Assembly (NCBI GenBank): GCA_964480745.1
Contig: CAYZQA010000002.1
Span: forward strand, 2,744-66,743
DNA length: 64,000 nt
Reading direction: 5' to 3'
Origin: an uncultured Sangeribacter sp.
Lineage (GTDB): Bacteria > Bacteroidota > Bacteroidia > Bacteroidales > Muribaculaceae
This document shows, one piece after another, positions 45,338-55,398 of the stretch. The notes beneath the pieces are model-generated. The model saw only the letters and a program-made list of their open reading frames with translations, did no database searches and was not told where the DNA came from. How positions within the stretch are numbered: the first letter of the stretch is position 1; every line of letters starts with the position of its first letter. Both the position numbers and the translations under genes were made by a program.

Positions 45338-45931
45338 ATGAAACAGCAGCAGATAATCAGTGCTTTCGATTTCGACGGGACCCTGACATGCCGCGATACG
45401 TTCAGCGATTTTGCCAAGTTCGCTTTTGGCCCGCGTCGTTGGTTACGTGCCCTCCTGAAGCAGTCCCCCCGTTTGGTCGGTTGGAAACTTGGCTTGGTCA
45501 AGGCCGACAAGGCAAAGGAACGCCTGTTCGGGGAGCTGTTCGCGGGAATGCCGGCGGTGGAGTTCCGCGAACTGGGACGCCGTTATGCCAAGAGGGTTGA
45601 TGCTATTCTAAGGCCTTCGGTTGTCGGAAAGCTCCGCGAGGCGGCCGGACGTGGCGACAACGTACTGATTGTTTCCGCCAGCATAGCCGATTGGATACGT
45701 CCGTGGGGCGCATTGCAAGGTGTCGATCATGTGCTGGCAACGGAGGCGGAGGTGGGGGCTGATGGGCGGCTGACCGGACGCTTCTCCAATCGGAACTGTA
45801 ACGGTCGCGAGAAGGTGCGCCGTATTCTTGAGGCCTGTCCTGACCGTAAGGAGTCCCTCCTTGTGGCCTACGGGGATTCGCGCGGCGACGCGGCTATGCT
45901 CCGCGAAGCCGACTATCCCAATTATGTCTGA
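45338..45931 (+). CDS. HAD-IB family hydrolase
   Basis: Motif I DFDGTLT in a protein of about 200 aa. Confidence 0.75.
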   Translation: MKQQQIISAFDFDGTLTCRDTFSDFAKFAFGPRRWLRALLKQSPRLVGWKLGLVKADKAKERLFGELFAGMPAVEFRELGRRYAKRVDAILRPSVVGKLREAAGRGDNVLIVSASIADWIRPWGALQGVDHVLATEAEVGADGRLTGRFSNRNCNGREKVRRILEACPDRKESLLVAYGDSRGDAAMLREADYPNYV

Positions 45932-45982
45932 CAGTTTAACTGTTCTGATCTGTTCTGAATCAAAAAACAAAATTTCCATAAT

Positions 45983-47626
45983 ATGAAGAAACTGTTTCTC
46001 GCGGCCATGACGGTCGCCATGGCTGGGGCCTCCGCAGATGCCTGCACCAACCTCATAGCCACCAAGGGAGCCACAACCGATGGCTCCGTGATGATGACCT
46101 ATTCGGCCGATTCCCATAATCTATACGGCTTCCTTCATCATGCGCCTGCGGCAAATCATGCTGCCGGGGCCGTGCGCGATGTCGTCGAATGGGATTCCGG
46201 CAAACCGCTCGGAAGCATTCCCCAGCCGGCAAAGACATATAATGTGATCGGGAACATGAACGAGCACCAGCTCGTGATAGGGGAGTCAACATGGGGCGGC
46301 CGCCATGAACTTGCCGACACAACGGGCCAGGCGCGGGTCGATTATGGCGAACTTATCTATATCGCCCTTGAACGTGCCAGCAATGCCCGCGAGGCTATCG
46401 ACGTGATGACTTCGCTTGTTGAAAAATATGGCTACGCTTCGGAAGGAGAGTCCTTCACGATCGCCGACAAGAACGAGGTGTGGGTGATGGAGATGATCGG
46501 AAAGGGCGCCGAGAAGGGAGCTGTCTGGATTGCGGTCCGCATCCCCGACGGAGCCATCTGCGGCCATGCGAATGAGCCCCGTATCCGCAAGGTCAACCTG
46601 AAGGACAAGGAGAATGTCCGCTATTCGAAGGATATGATTTCCTTCGCCCGCAAGCGCGGTTATTTCTCGGGCAAGGACGAGGAGTTCTCTTTTGCCGACG
46701 CATATTGCGAACATGATCCCTCGACGCGCCGTGGCTGCGACGCCCGCGTATGGTCGTTCTTCCGCCGTTTCAATAAGGATGCAGAACAGTATTTCGCATG
46801 GTGTAATGCCGATTCCGATGAACCGATGCCTCTCTATGTCTTCCCCGACAAGAAGCTTTCCCTTGAGGATATGATGGCCTCCATGCGCGACCTTTTCCAG
46901 GATACTCCCTACGATATGACCAAAGATCCGGGAGCCGGGTCGTACCATGTCCCTTACCGCTGGCGTCCGATGGAATATGAGGTGGATGGCAAGAAATATT
47001 GCATGGAGCGCGCTATCGCAACTCAGCAGACCGGCTGGAGCTTCGTTTCCCAAAGCCGCGACTGGCTCCCCGATCCCGTCGGAGGTCGCCTCTGGTTCGG
47101 CACGGACGATACGAATTTCACCGTCTATATGCCCATCTATTGCTCCGTGACAGAAGTTCCTCTCCAGCTGAAAAAAGGAGATATACAGACTTTCGATAAG
47201 GATGCCAATTTCTGGATGACAAACATCGTCGCCAATCAGGCTTATAACCGCTATTCCCAGATGATTCCCGATATCCGAAAAGTCCAGAACCGTCTCGAAA
47301 CAGACTTCATCTCTACGGCAAATGAATTGGATAAGTCGCTCACAGAGTTCTATAAGGAAGATGGGGCGGAGGCCGTAACGGCTGCAACCAACCTGTTTGC
47401 TGCCGCAGCGGCTGAGGAGGCAACGGAAGCCTACCGCGACCTCGCCATATATCTCTTCGTGAAGTATATGGACGGCAATATGAAGAAGACCGATGCCGAC
47501 GGCAATTTCATCAAGAGCGAGTATGGCGTGCCGGTCTATCCTGAGTTCCCCGGATATCCTGACCCCGCTTATTATGAGAATATCGTGAAGGCCACGGGCG
47601 ACCATTTCCTGATCAAGGAAAAATAA
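45983..47626 (+). CDS. C69 family dipeptidase
   Basis: Signal peptide followed by the Cys nucleophile context ADACTNLIATKGAT. Confidence 0.85.
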   Translation: MKKLFLAAMTVAMAGASADACTNLIATKGATTDGSVMMTYSADSHNLYGFLHHAPAANHAAGAVRDVVEWDSGKPLGSIPQPAKTYNVIGNMNEHQLVIGESTWGGRHELADTTGQARVDYGELIYIALERASNAREAIDVMTSLVEKYGYASEGESFTIADKNEVWVMEMIGKGAEKGAVWIAVRIPDGAICGHANEPRIRKVNLKDKENVRYSKDMISFARKRGYFSGKDEEFSFADAYCEHDPSTRRGCDARVWSFFRRFNKDAEQYFAWCNADSDEPMPLYVFPDKKLSLEDMMASMRDLFQDTPYDMTKDPGAGSYHVPYRWRPMEYEVDGKKYCMERAIATQQTGWSFVSQSRDWLPDPVGGRLWFGTDDTNFTVYMPIYCSVTEVPLQLKKGDIQTFDKDANFWMTNIVANQAYNRYSQMIPDIRKVQNRLETDFISTANELDKSLTEFYKEDGAEAVTAATNLFAAAAAEEATEAYRDLAIYLFVKYMDGNMKKTDADGNFIKSEYGVPVYPEFPGYPDPAYYENIVKATGDHFLIKEK

Positions 47627-47650
47627 CAACGCGCTATCCGTATAAAAATA

Positions 47651-47692
47651 AAAAATCATCCGGCAAGCTGCTGCGGCTGCCGGATGATTTTT
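47651..47692. terminator. bidirectional terminator between the C69 dipeptidase and acyl-CoA ligase genes
   Basis: 11-bp stem ATCATCCGGCA/TGCCGGATGAT extended by A5/T5 tracts. Confidence 0.8.
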
Positions 47693-47717
47693 ATTGGGCG
47701 TCCCCTCTGGGTAGTGA

Positions 47718-49385
47718 TCAATGCGTATAAAGGAATCTCTTGATTGAACGCTTCGGGGTCTTCTCAAACTCGTTTGGCATGAGGATGATTTTGTGGATCT
47801 GCTCGTAGGGTGCAACCAGTTTGTTGAGTTCCTTGCGGATATTTTCCATCGTGGAGTCCATGTCGGCGATGGAAATGTCAAAGCGGTCAAGTGCCTCGTA
47901 ATCGGGATATACGAGAGCTGCCAAGCGACCGTCACGCTCCACGACGAGACTCTCCGCCACGAAGGGCATATTGTTGAGTTTGGCCTCGATCTCCTCCGGA
48001 TAGATGTTCTGGCCCGAAGCCGACAGAATCATTGTCTTCGAACGGCCGCGTAGGAAGAGTGTCCCGTCTTTCGACCGGGTCCCCATGTCGCCTGTATGTA
48101 GCCAACCATCCTTGTCTATCACGGCTTCCGTGGCCGCCGGGTTCTTGTAATATCCCTTCATTCGGTTTGAACCGCGAACGCATATTTCGCCGGGAATGTT
48201 CTCCGGGTCTTCTGATTCGATCTTCGATTCCATGTTGGGGAGGGTCCGCCCCGAAGAACCGGGGATGAACTCCCGCCAGGGTGTGTAGCTGATAAGTGGG
48301 CCGCATTCGGTCATGCCGTAGCCGACCGTGAAGGGGAACTTGATCTTATGAAGGAATTCCTCAACTTCATGATTGAGCGGAGCGCCTCCGACAATCACTT
48401 CCTCAAACTCTCCTCCGAAGGCATCGATCAATTTCTTGCGTATCTTCGAGTAGATATAGGAATCCAGGAACGGCACAGCTAAGGTCCAGCGCATCGTCCC
48501 CTTTGAGATCATCGGCAGGATCTGGTTTTTGTAGATCTTTTCCAGGATTAGCGGGACGCAGATGACGAGGTTCGGTTTCACTTCCCCGAGAGCCTTTAGC
48601 AATACCCTCGGCGAGGGAGTCTTTCCAAGCAGGGTGATGTGGGATCCGACGGCCAGCGGGGTCAGCATGTCGAATGCGCATCCGTAGGCGTGGGCCAAGG
48701 GAAGGAAGGCCAATGCGCGCGAACTGCGGAAATGGAGCATTGTCTCCCGCCCGAAACATACATTGCCGGCAAGATTCTCGCCTGTCAGCATTACGCCCTT
48801 GGAGAATCCTGTTGTCCCGGAAGTATAATTGATTTCGACAACCTTGGAGTTGTCAACATCCGCATAATGGATATCCTCCGATGTAAAGCCCTTGGGATAG
48901 CGGCGACGGAAACGTCGCGTGAGCAGGCGGAGGTGACGCTGAAGCTCCTCTCCCTCCCGCTCATGGAGAAGATGGAAGTCCTCGATGCTCAGCACTCCGC
49001 GCACCTTAAGCAACGCCTCCGGCTCGATAGGCTCCCAGAGATGGGAGGAGACCAGGAAAAGGTCTGCCCCGGAGTGGTTGACGATATGCGTGATGTCGAC
49101 CGGATTGAATTCCGACAGGATCGGGACGATGACGGCCCCATAAGTGACGGTTGCCATGTAGATCAGCACCCAGTTGACAGAATCCTTCCCGCAGAGCGCC
49201 ACCTTCTCTCCCCGCTTGAGACCAATCGATTCATAGAAGGTATGGATTCGGGCTATTTCCGTTGCCAGCTCGCTGTAGTTGAGCGTCTTCTTCGTGACGT
49301 AATCGGAGAGGGCCGGAAGGTCCCAGTTCTCGATGAAACTTTGTTCATATATCTTTATGAAGTTCTCTATCTTGATTTTTTCCAT
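47718..49385 (-). CDS. AMP-binding long-chain acyl-CoA ligase-like enzyme
   Basis: TSGTTGFSKGV and GYGMTE motifs. Confidence 0.85.
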   Translation of the reverse strand: MEKIKIENFIKIYEQSFIENWDLPALSDYVTKKTLNYSELATEIARIHTFYESIGLKRGEKVALCGKDSVNWVLIYMATVTYGAVIVPILSEFNPVDITHIVNHSGADLFLVSSHLWEPIEPEALLKVRGVLSIEDFHLLHEREGEELQRHLRLLTRRFRRRYPKGFTSEDIHYADVDNSKVVEINYTSGTTGFSKGVMLTGENLAGNVCFGRETMLHFRSSRALAFLPLAHAYGCAFDMLTPLAVGSHITLLGKTPSPRVLLKALGEVKPNLVICVPLILEKIYKNQILPMISKGTMRWTLAVPFLDSYIYSKIRKKLIDAFGGEFEEVIVGGAPLNHEVEEFLHKIKFPFTVGYGMTECGPLISYTPWREFIPGSSGRTLPNMESKIESEDPENIPGEICVRGSNRMKGYYKNPAATEAVIDKDGWLHTGDMGTRSKDGTLFLRGRSKTMILSASGQNIYPEEIEAKLNNMPFVAESLVVERDGRLAALVYPDYEALDRFDISIADMDSTMENIRKELNKLVAPYEQIHKIILMPNEFEKTPKRSIKRFLYTH

Positions 49386-49454
49386 AGTTCTATGTTGGTA
49401 TCTTTGGGGGTAACGACCCCGGAGGCTCTGAATTTTTATGAGATGCTGTCTAAT

Positions 49455-50642
49455 TTATTCGGCTTCGCAAGCTATGCGGTAAATCTCCCGGCAATCATCC
49501 ATCGAGAGCTTGACATAGTTTCCGAGCGTGTCGCCCATGTTGCGATGCAGCGATTTCACCATCTTGTCGATGTCCGGCTCCTCGCCTCCGAGCAGGGTCC
49601 GCAGATTCGTTGTCAGGCCGAGATCATGGTAGAAGTTCTTCAGGTTGGAGATTCCTTCGTCGATAATTTCGTTCGTGTCTTTTCCGGCGGGGTTCACAGA
49701 CATCACGTTGATGGCGAATTTCCAGAGTTTGTCAGGATTGCGGGAAGCGCAGAATTCCATCCAGGCGGGGATGATGACGGCCAGACCCGCCCCGTGGGGG
49801 ACATCGTAGAATGCCGAGATCTCATGCTCAAGACGATGGGAGGCCCAGTCTTCAGTCTTGCCCACGCCGCAGAGGCCGTTATGAGCCAGCGTACCGGCCC
49901 ACATCACATCGGCCCTCGCCGCGTAATCGTCCGGATTGAGGCGCAGGGTGAGCGCGCGGTCCATGACATCGCGCAATATCGCTTCGGAATAGGCGTCGAC
50001 AAGCTCCGTGTCCGGAGTGTTGGAGAAATATCTTTCATAGATATGGGCCATCATGTCGACGACGCCGTATGCGGTCTGTTCCCAGGGGAGAGAATATGTC
50101 AGCTCCGGGTTCATTATAGCGAATTTAGGGCGTAGCTTGCGCGGGTAGCGAACGGATATTTTCTGATGTGTCTTCTCGTTGGTGATTACCGAGTTGCCGC
50201 TACCTTCGCTTCCGGCGGCCGGGATTGTCAGCACGACCCCGAGCGGGAGAGCGACTTCAGGCGTGGCCTTCCCGTCATAGAAGTCCCAGAAATCTCCGGG
50301 ATAGACTGTGCCGAGGGCGATCCCTTTTGCCGCATCAATCGGAGAGCCCCCGCCTATTGCAAGCAGGAAGTCGATTTTCTTTTCGCGGGCAAGCTTGATG
50401 CCGTCATATACGTTGTCGGCAGTCGGATTGGGCTTGACCCCTCCGTAAAGGGTGTAGGGGAGTCCGGCGGCGGTCAGCGAATCGGTGACCTCTTTCAATA
50501 ATCCGTTCTTTTCGATACGGTCCGAGCCGTAGACGATCATTACGTTGGTGGCGCCATATCGGGCGAGGGCAGCCCCGGCCTCTTTCTGAGTGTCGCGCCC
50601 GAAGATAAATTCGGTCGGGGAGCAAAATGTGAAGTTTTCCAT
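49455..50642 (-). CDS. iron-containing alcohol dehydrogenase
   Basis: GGGSPIDAAK motif and Fe-ADH length. Confidence 0.9.
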   Translation of the reverse strand: MENFTFCSPTEFIFGRDTQKEAGAALARYGATNVMIVYGSDRIEKNGLLKEVTDSLTAAGLPYTLYGGVKPNPTADNVYDGIKLAREKKIDFLLAIGGGSPIDAAKGIALGTVYPGDFWDFYDGKATPEVALPLGVVLTIPAAGSEGSGNSVITNEKTHQKISVRYPRKLRPKFAIMNPELTYSLPWEQTAYGVVDMMAHIYERYFSNTPDTELVDAYSEAILRDVMDRALTLRLNPDDYAARADVMWAGTLAHNGLCGVGKTEDWASHRLEHEISAFYDVPHGAGLAVIIPAWMEFCASRNPDKLWKFAINVMSVNPAGKDTNEIIDEGISNLKNFYHDLGLTTNLRTLLGGEEPDIDKMVKSLHRNMGDTLGNYVKLSMDDCREIYRIACEAE

Positions 50643-50797
50643 CGGTTAAGTTGATTAATCAATTAGGGTCCGCTAAGATGGTCGCATTATTGGCCAGCTC
50701 GAAATAGGGGTTGGCGGGAGGACCCATTATCATTATAACAAAGTCGGGCCCGCAAAAAGTTGCGGACCCGAGGGGGAAATTTGAATAATCGGCAATT

Positions 50798-51193
50798 TCA
50801 TCGTCTGAATGCGGCGCGAATTTCGGCCGCAGTGGTTTCCATCATTTCAGGGGTGACATCCTTTAGTTTGTCTCTGAAATCCATGTCTCCCTCATTCTGG
50901 AGAGGGATCAGGTGGATATGGGCATGGGGCACTTCAAGGCCGAGCACGGCCATGCCGACTTTGCGGCAGGGAATTGCAGCCCGGATTGCCTCAGCCACTT
51001 TCTTCGCAAACAGCGTGAGCCCGGAAAGGTCCGGATCAGACAGATCAAAGATATAATCGGTTTCCTTCTTGGGGATTACCAGGGTATGCCCCCGGCGCAC
51101 GGGATTGATGTCAAGGAAGGCGAAATAATTGTCGTCCTCGGCAATCTTGTAACACGGAATCTCTCCTGCAACGATTTTTGAGAATATGGTCAT
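50798..51193 (-). CDS. HIT family protein
   Basis: Histidine triad HAHIHLIP. Confidence 0.9.
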   Translation of the reverse strand: MTIFSKIVAGEIPCYKIAEDDNYFAFLDINPVRRGHTLVIPKKETDYIFDLSDPDLSGLTLFAKKVAEAIRAAIPCRKVGMAVLGLEVPHAHIHLIPLQNEGDMDFRDKLKDVTPEMMETTAAEIRAAFRR

Positions 51194-51313
51194 GGTTTGT
51201 GTTTTTTCGGTTATCGCAAGATGCTCCGCGGATTCGGGGCAGGATGAATCAGTTTGTTATAAAGGTGAGTTGAATAGCAGGGGAGTGGCGACCGCGCCGT
51301 GCGGGAAGCCGGA

Positions 51314-51778
51314 TCAGATCTCGATCTTCACGATTTCGAAGTCGACGATTCCTGCAGGCACCTGGACCTTCACCGTGTCGCCGACCTTATGGCCGATCAG
51401 CGCCTTGGCGATGGGGGTGGTGGCTGAGATCTTCAATTCGCGGAGGTTGGCCTCGTTCTCGGTGACGATCGTGTAGGTCATCGTTGCGCCGTTGGCAACA
51501 TTGCGGATCGTGACCTTGTTGAGAAGCTGGACTTCCTCCGTGTTAAGTTTGCTGTCATCGATGATGCGGGCCGACGCCACAAGCTCCTTGAGCTTGGCGA
51601 TCTTCATCTCGAGCATGCCCTGCGCCTCCTTGGCGGCATCATATTCGGCATTCTCCGAGAGGTCGCCCTTGTCGCGGGCTTCGGCTATCGCCTGCTTCAC
51701 GGCCGGACGCTGTGCCTCAAGCTCGGCCAGCTCCTGCATCTTTTTGTTGTAACCCTCCTGGGTCAGGTAAGTTGCCAT
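51314..51778 (-). CDS. greA: transcription elongation factor GreA
   Basis: Full-length GreA-like coiled coil plus C-terminal domain. Confidence 0.95.
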   Translation of the reverse strand: MATYLTQEGYNKKMQELAELEAQRPAVKQAIAEARDKGDLSENAEYDAAKEAQGMLEMKIAKLKELVASARIIDDSKLNTEEVQLLNKVTIRNVANGATMTYTIVTENEANLRELKISATTPIAKALIGHKVGDTVKVQVPAGIVDFEIVKIEI

Positions 51779-51952
51779 CTCTTGTCAGTATATTTTCTTG
51801 GCAGACGACCCTTAAGATCCACAGTCTTAGTAGTCTTCCGCACATTATGAGTTAGTAAAAGTCAGCGACCCGGCGCATATTGCGTCGGCCCGCGTGTATG
51901 TTTAAACAGCCGCAGAGTTGCCCCCGCGGCCGCGTTCTTCCTTTTTGCGTTG

Positions 51953-51960
51953 CAAAGTTA
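51953..51960 (-). promoter_or_regulatory. -7 box TAACTTTG upstream of greA
   Basis: Exact TAnnTTTG, ~175 nt before the ATG. Confidence 0.35.
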
Positions 51961-51992
51961 CCGCTTTTATTTTGATTCAACAAGTTTTTTAT

Positions 51993-52000
51993 TAATTTTG
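51993..52000 (+). promoter_or_regulatory. -7 box TAATTTTG upstream of sufE
   Basis: Exact TAnnTTTG, 55 nt before the ATG. Confidence 0.45.
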
Positions 52001-52054
52001 AATCCGGATTTATCCGCTATTATGTTTCATTAACATTCTCTCCTCCCTTAACCA

Positions 52055-52480
52055 ATGACTATCAACGAAACCCAAGACGAAATAATTGAGGAATTCGAGG
52101 GTCTGACCGACTGGATGGACCGCTATGCCTATATCATCGATCTCGGTAACACGCTCCCGGAGTTCCCCGAGGCCGAGAAAACGCCAGCCAACCTTATCGA
52201 AGGTTGCCAGAGCCGCGTCTGGATCGATGCCCGCCGCGAAGAGAGCGGCAAAATCGATTTCCGCGCCGATTCCGACGCGCTTATCGTGAAAGGCATAGTG
52301 GCCTTGCTGATGAGGGTCCTCAATGACCATACCCCGCGCGAGATCCTTGACGCCGACCTTTATTTCATCGACCGTATCGGCCTGTCGGAACATCTTTCCC
52401 CGACGCGAAGCAATGGCCTCGTGGCTATGGTCAAGCAGATCCGCGACTACGCCCGCGCCTACGATCTTCTCGACAAGTAG
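52055..52480 (+). CDS. sufE: SufE-family sulfur acceptor
   Basis: EGCQSRVW active-site Cys context. Confidence 0.85.
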   Translation: MTINETQDEIIEEFEGLTDWMDRYAYIIDLGNTLPEFPEAEKTPANLIEGCQSRVWIDARREESGKIDFRADSDALIVKGIVALLMRVLNDHTPREILDADLYFIDRIGLSEHLSPTRSNGLVAMVKQIRDYARAYDLLDK

Positions 52481-52579
52481 CCGGTCGGCAATTAACCGGC
52501 GACTGGCCCTCCTCTCCTTCTCATTCTCTCCTCCTCCTTCTCCCGTAATAAACTTTTCTAACCTTAAATTAATCCATTT

Positions 52580-54124
52580 ATGTTTGCCAATCAGCCAAAA
52601 GGCCTGATTCCTGCCGCCCTCTCCAATATGGGCGAACGGTTCGGCTATTACATCATGAACGCTGTGCTCGTTCTCTTCCTTTGCTCCAAGTTCGGGCTCT
52701 CGGAGGAGACAAGCACGCTCGTCTATTCTTTCTTCTACGCCGGCATCTATGTGCTGAGCCTCGTCGGCGGTCTGATCGCCGACAAGACCCAGAACTACAA
52801 GGGGACGATCATCTGGGGTCTCGTCATCATGACCTTGGGTTATGTCGTCCTGGCGTTCCCCATCCTCGCCACCCATGAGAACACGGCGTGGCTCCTGACG
52901 CTGACCTGCGTCGCGCTGTTCTTCATCGCTTTCGGTAACGGTCTGTTCAAGGGTAACCTCCAGGCTATTGTCGGTCAGCTTTACGACAATCCGAAGTATG
53001 CCGCCCAGCGCGATTCCGGTTTCCAGATTTTCTATGTCTTCATTAATATCGGCGGTCTTATCGCCCCGTTTGTTGCTCCGATGCTTCGTAGCTGGTGGCT
53101 CGGTGTCAATGGCATGACCTATGATGCCTCTTTCCCCGCGATGGCCCATCAGGTGCTGAGCGTGACCGACAGCATGAGCCTTGAGAATATCAACCAGTTC
53201 TACGCGCTGGTTAGCGCGCATGCAGCCGAGGTCGGTGCCCACGGTCTGCAGAACATGCAGGATCTTCAGGCTTTCTGTACGGAGTATCTGAAAGTGTTCA
53301 ACACCGGTATCCATTATTCCTTCATCGCCTCCGTGGCGGCAATGCTTATCTCCCTCTGCATTTTCATCATCACGAAGAAGGGTCTTCCGACGCCCGCGAA
53401 GAAGGAGAAGCAGGAAACTCTTTCCTATACTCCCGAGGAGAAGGCAGCCATGGCCAAGGAGATCAAGCAGCGCATGTATGCGCTCTTCGCCGTTTTGGGA
53501 ATCGCGATTTTCTTCTGGTTCTCGTTCCATCAGAACGGTACGTCGATGTCCCTCTTTGCGCGTGACTTCGTCGATACGTCGACGATTGCTCCCGAGATCT
53601 GGCAGTCGGTCAATCCTTTCTTTGTCATTGTGCTGACGCCGATCATCATGTTGATTTTCTCGTCGCTTTCCCGCAGGGGGAAGGAGATTTCGACTCCCCG
53701 CAAGATTGGACTCGGTATGGGAATTGCCGGTCTGGGATATCTGTTCCTGACGCTCTATTCGCTCTTCATGGGTTATCCCTCCGGTACGGAGTTCCGCGCG
53801 ATGATCACGGCCGGTGAACATGTTGTCAAATCGGGCCCCTGGGTGTTGATTCTCTACTATTTCTTCATGACGGTTGCTGAGTTGTTCATCTCTCCGCTCG
53901 GTCTTTCATTCGTTTCCAAGGTAGCTCCGAAGCATCTTCAGGGTCTTTGCCAGGGTCTCTGGCTGGGCGCAACTGCAATCGGTAACCTGCTGCTTTGGAT
54001 CGGTCCGTTGATCTACAACGCCTGCCCGATCTGGGTCGCATGGGCCGTATTCCTTGGCGTCTGCGTCATCTCAATGGGCGTCATGTTCGGCATGGTCAAC
54101 TGGCTCGAACGCGTCACCAAGTAA
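52580..54124 (+). CDS. proton-dependent oligopeptide transporter (POT/PTR2, MFS)
   Basis: GGLIADKTQNYKGT PTR2 signature and many TM helices. Confidence 0.85.
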   Translation: MFANQPKGLIPAALSNMGERFGYYIMNAVLVLFLCSKFGLSEETSTLVYSFFYAGIYVLSLVGGLIADKTQNYKGTIIWGLVIMTLGYVVLAFPILATHENTAWLLTLTCVALFFIAFGNGLFKGNLQAIVGQLYDNPKYAAQRDSGFQIFYVFINIGGLIAPFVAPMLRSWWLGVNGMTYDASFPAMAHQVLSVTDSMSLENINQFYALVSAHAAEVGAHGLQNMQDLQAFCTEYLKVFNTGIHYSFIASVAAMLISLCIFIITKKGLPTPAKKEKQETLSYTPEEKAAMAKEIKQRMYALFAVLGIAIFFWFSFHQNGTSMSLFARDFVDTSTIAPEIWQSVNPFFVIVLTPIIMLIFSSLSRRGKEISTPRKIGLGMGIAGLGYLFLTLYSLFMGYPSGTEFRAMITAGEHVVKSGPWVLILYYFFMTVAELFISPLGLSFVSKVAPKHLQGLCQGLWLGATAIGNLLLWIGPLIYNACPIWVAWAVFLGVCVISMGVMFGMVNWLERVTK

Positions 54125-54187
54125 CCCAGCCTTTATTCAGGCAACGCAATAGCCACCCGACAGTCACCACCGCGACTGCCTACCATT

Positions 54188-54232
54188 AAGCTCCCGCAAC
54201 GAGGAAGACATCATTCCCAGTTGCGGGAGCTT
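54188..54232 (+). terminator. hairpin after the POT transporter gene
   Basis: 13-bp perfect arms AAGCTCCCGCAAC/GTTGCGGGAGCTT with a weak T tract. Confidence 0.55.
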
Positions 54233-54482
54233 TAAGATTTATATGTTTAATTTAATATTTGTTTAAAATTGGAAATTTTCCAAATTATTTATCCGTAAAT
54301 ACTTGTTTCCTGATCTCCAGTGCATTTCAGGAGAGGTGGAAAAGGTGAATTTTTTGCAGAATGACAATATTTCAGATTTTGACCCTCTATTTATAAGGTT
54401 CTAAACCTGCTTGGCTTGTCACATACTTGCAAAATTATTTTAGAAATATTAAATTAGATGAAAATCTTTAAAATGAACGCCT

Positions 54483-55376
54483 ATGAGAACGGACTTTAAG
54501 TTTATTACGACGACATTGAAAAGGATGATGATTTTTGCGTTCATGCTTACCCCGGTAGTCGCGTTTAGTCAGAATTGTTTCGTAGACGGGACTGAATGGA
54601 AGGTAGAGGGATGTGGGACTGAATCCCCTTATCCCAATTATTGGCATTGTAATATAAAGCAGGTATTTGATGCTGAGTCAGGATTTTCTGCCTTTATTGT
54701 GGAAGATGTCGAGGAAGGGTCTATCCAACATGGGGTATATGTAAAAACTGAAGGCGATCAAGTCTTTTTTAAAAAGACCCTTTCTTCAGAATGGTTGCTA
54801 ATGTATGATTTTTCCCTTTCACCCGGAGATGTGGTGACGGTTTACCAGCCAGACTATGCAGATTCAGAAGGGTTGCCGAGGCCGGCTTATCTGAAATGTA
54901 CCGGTGTCTCGGAAAGTGAGGAGTACGAAGGCCTCATCGCTATGGAGTTGGAAGAATATTCCGATGATTCTTACGAAGCAAATTTAGATGCGGAGCCGGA
55001 GAGATTCAAGCTTGGAAGTGGTACATGGTTGAAAGGTGTAGGATCAACCCAAGGAGTGCTATGGAACGCTGGTTTTGGTATGTGTGGATGGGGGTCCCGA
55101 TTAATGGATGTGCTTTTTAACGGAGAAATCCTATACAGTTTTTATCTTTCAGATGTAAGCTGCGTTAGAAATGATACGAACATCCAAGTATCTACAAATG
55201 GATTAAATCTCATCGTTACTACCCCCGACCGGAATGCTACTGTGACTGTACATTCCATTTCAGGTGCGACCATAGCATCATCTATAACTGGAGGACGCAA
55301 GGAGATACCTGTTTCCTATCCTGGAATTTATTTGGTAAATGTTAACGGTCAGACCCAGAAGGTAGCCGTTCGATAA
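54483..55376 (+). CDS. secreted protein with T9SS type-A C-terminal sorting domain
   Basis: Signal peptide plus a beta-rich C-terminal ~80 aa ending GIYLVNVNGQTQKVAV. Confidence 0.6.
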   Translation: MRTDFKFITTTLKRMMIFAFMLTPVVAFSQNCFVDGTEWKVEGCGTESPYPNYWHCNIKQVFDAESGFSAFIVEDVEEGSIQHGVYVKTEGDQVFFKKTLSSEWLLMYDFSLSPGDVVTVYQPDYADSEGLPRPAYLKCTGVSESEEYEGLIAMELEEYSDDSYEANLDAEPERFKLGSGTWLKGVGSTQGVLWNAGFGMCGWGSRLMDVLFNGEILYSFYLSDVSCVRNDTNIQVSTNGLNLIVTTPDRNATVTVHSISGATIASSITGGRKEIPVSYPGIYLVNVNGQTQKVAVR

Positions 55377-55398
55377 ACCAAATGGTAATTAAAAACAT

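Noticed and set aside
46286-47935. 549-aa ORF on the minus strand
   Set aside because: It is antisense to the C69 dipeptidase gene, runs across a bidirectional terminator into the next gene, and has no recognisable domain.
48639-50135. 498-aa ORF on the plus strand
   Set aside because: It is antisense to the acyl-CoA ligase and Fe-ADH genes, both of which carry clear catalytic motifs. It also spans their intergenic region, which a real gene would not.
52010-53821. 603-aa ORF on the minus strand
   Set aside because: It is antisense to the well-supported sufE and POT transporter genes. The product is R/E/G/H-rich low-complexity sequence with no motifs. This is a typical shadow ORF of GC-rich coding DNA.
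54430-54437. Minus-strand TAATTTTG box upstream of the T9SS gene region as another sRNA promoter
   Set aside because: There is no conserved core and no T-run terminator downstream. Isolated TAnnTTTG octamers are expected by chance tens of times in 64 kb of both strands.
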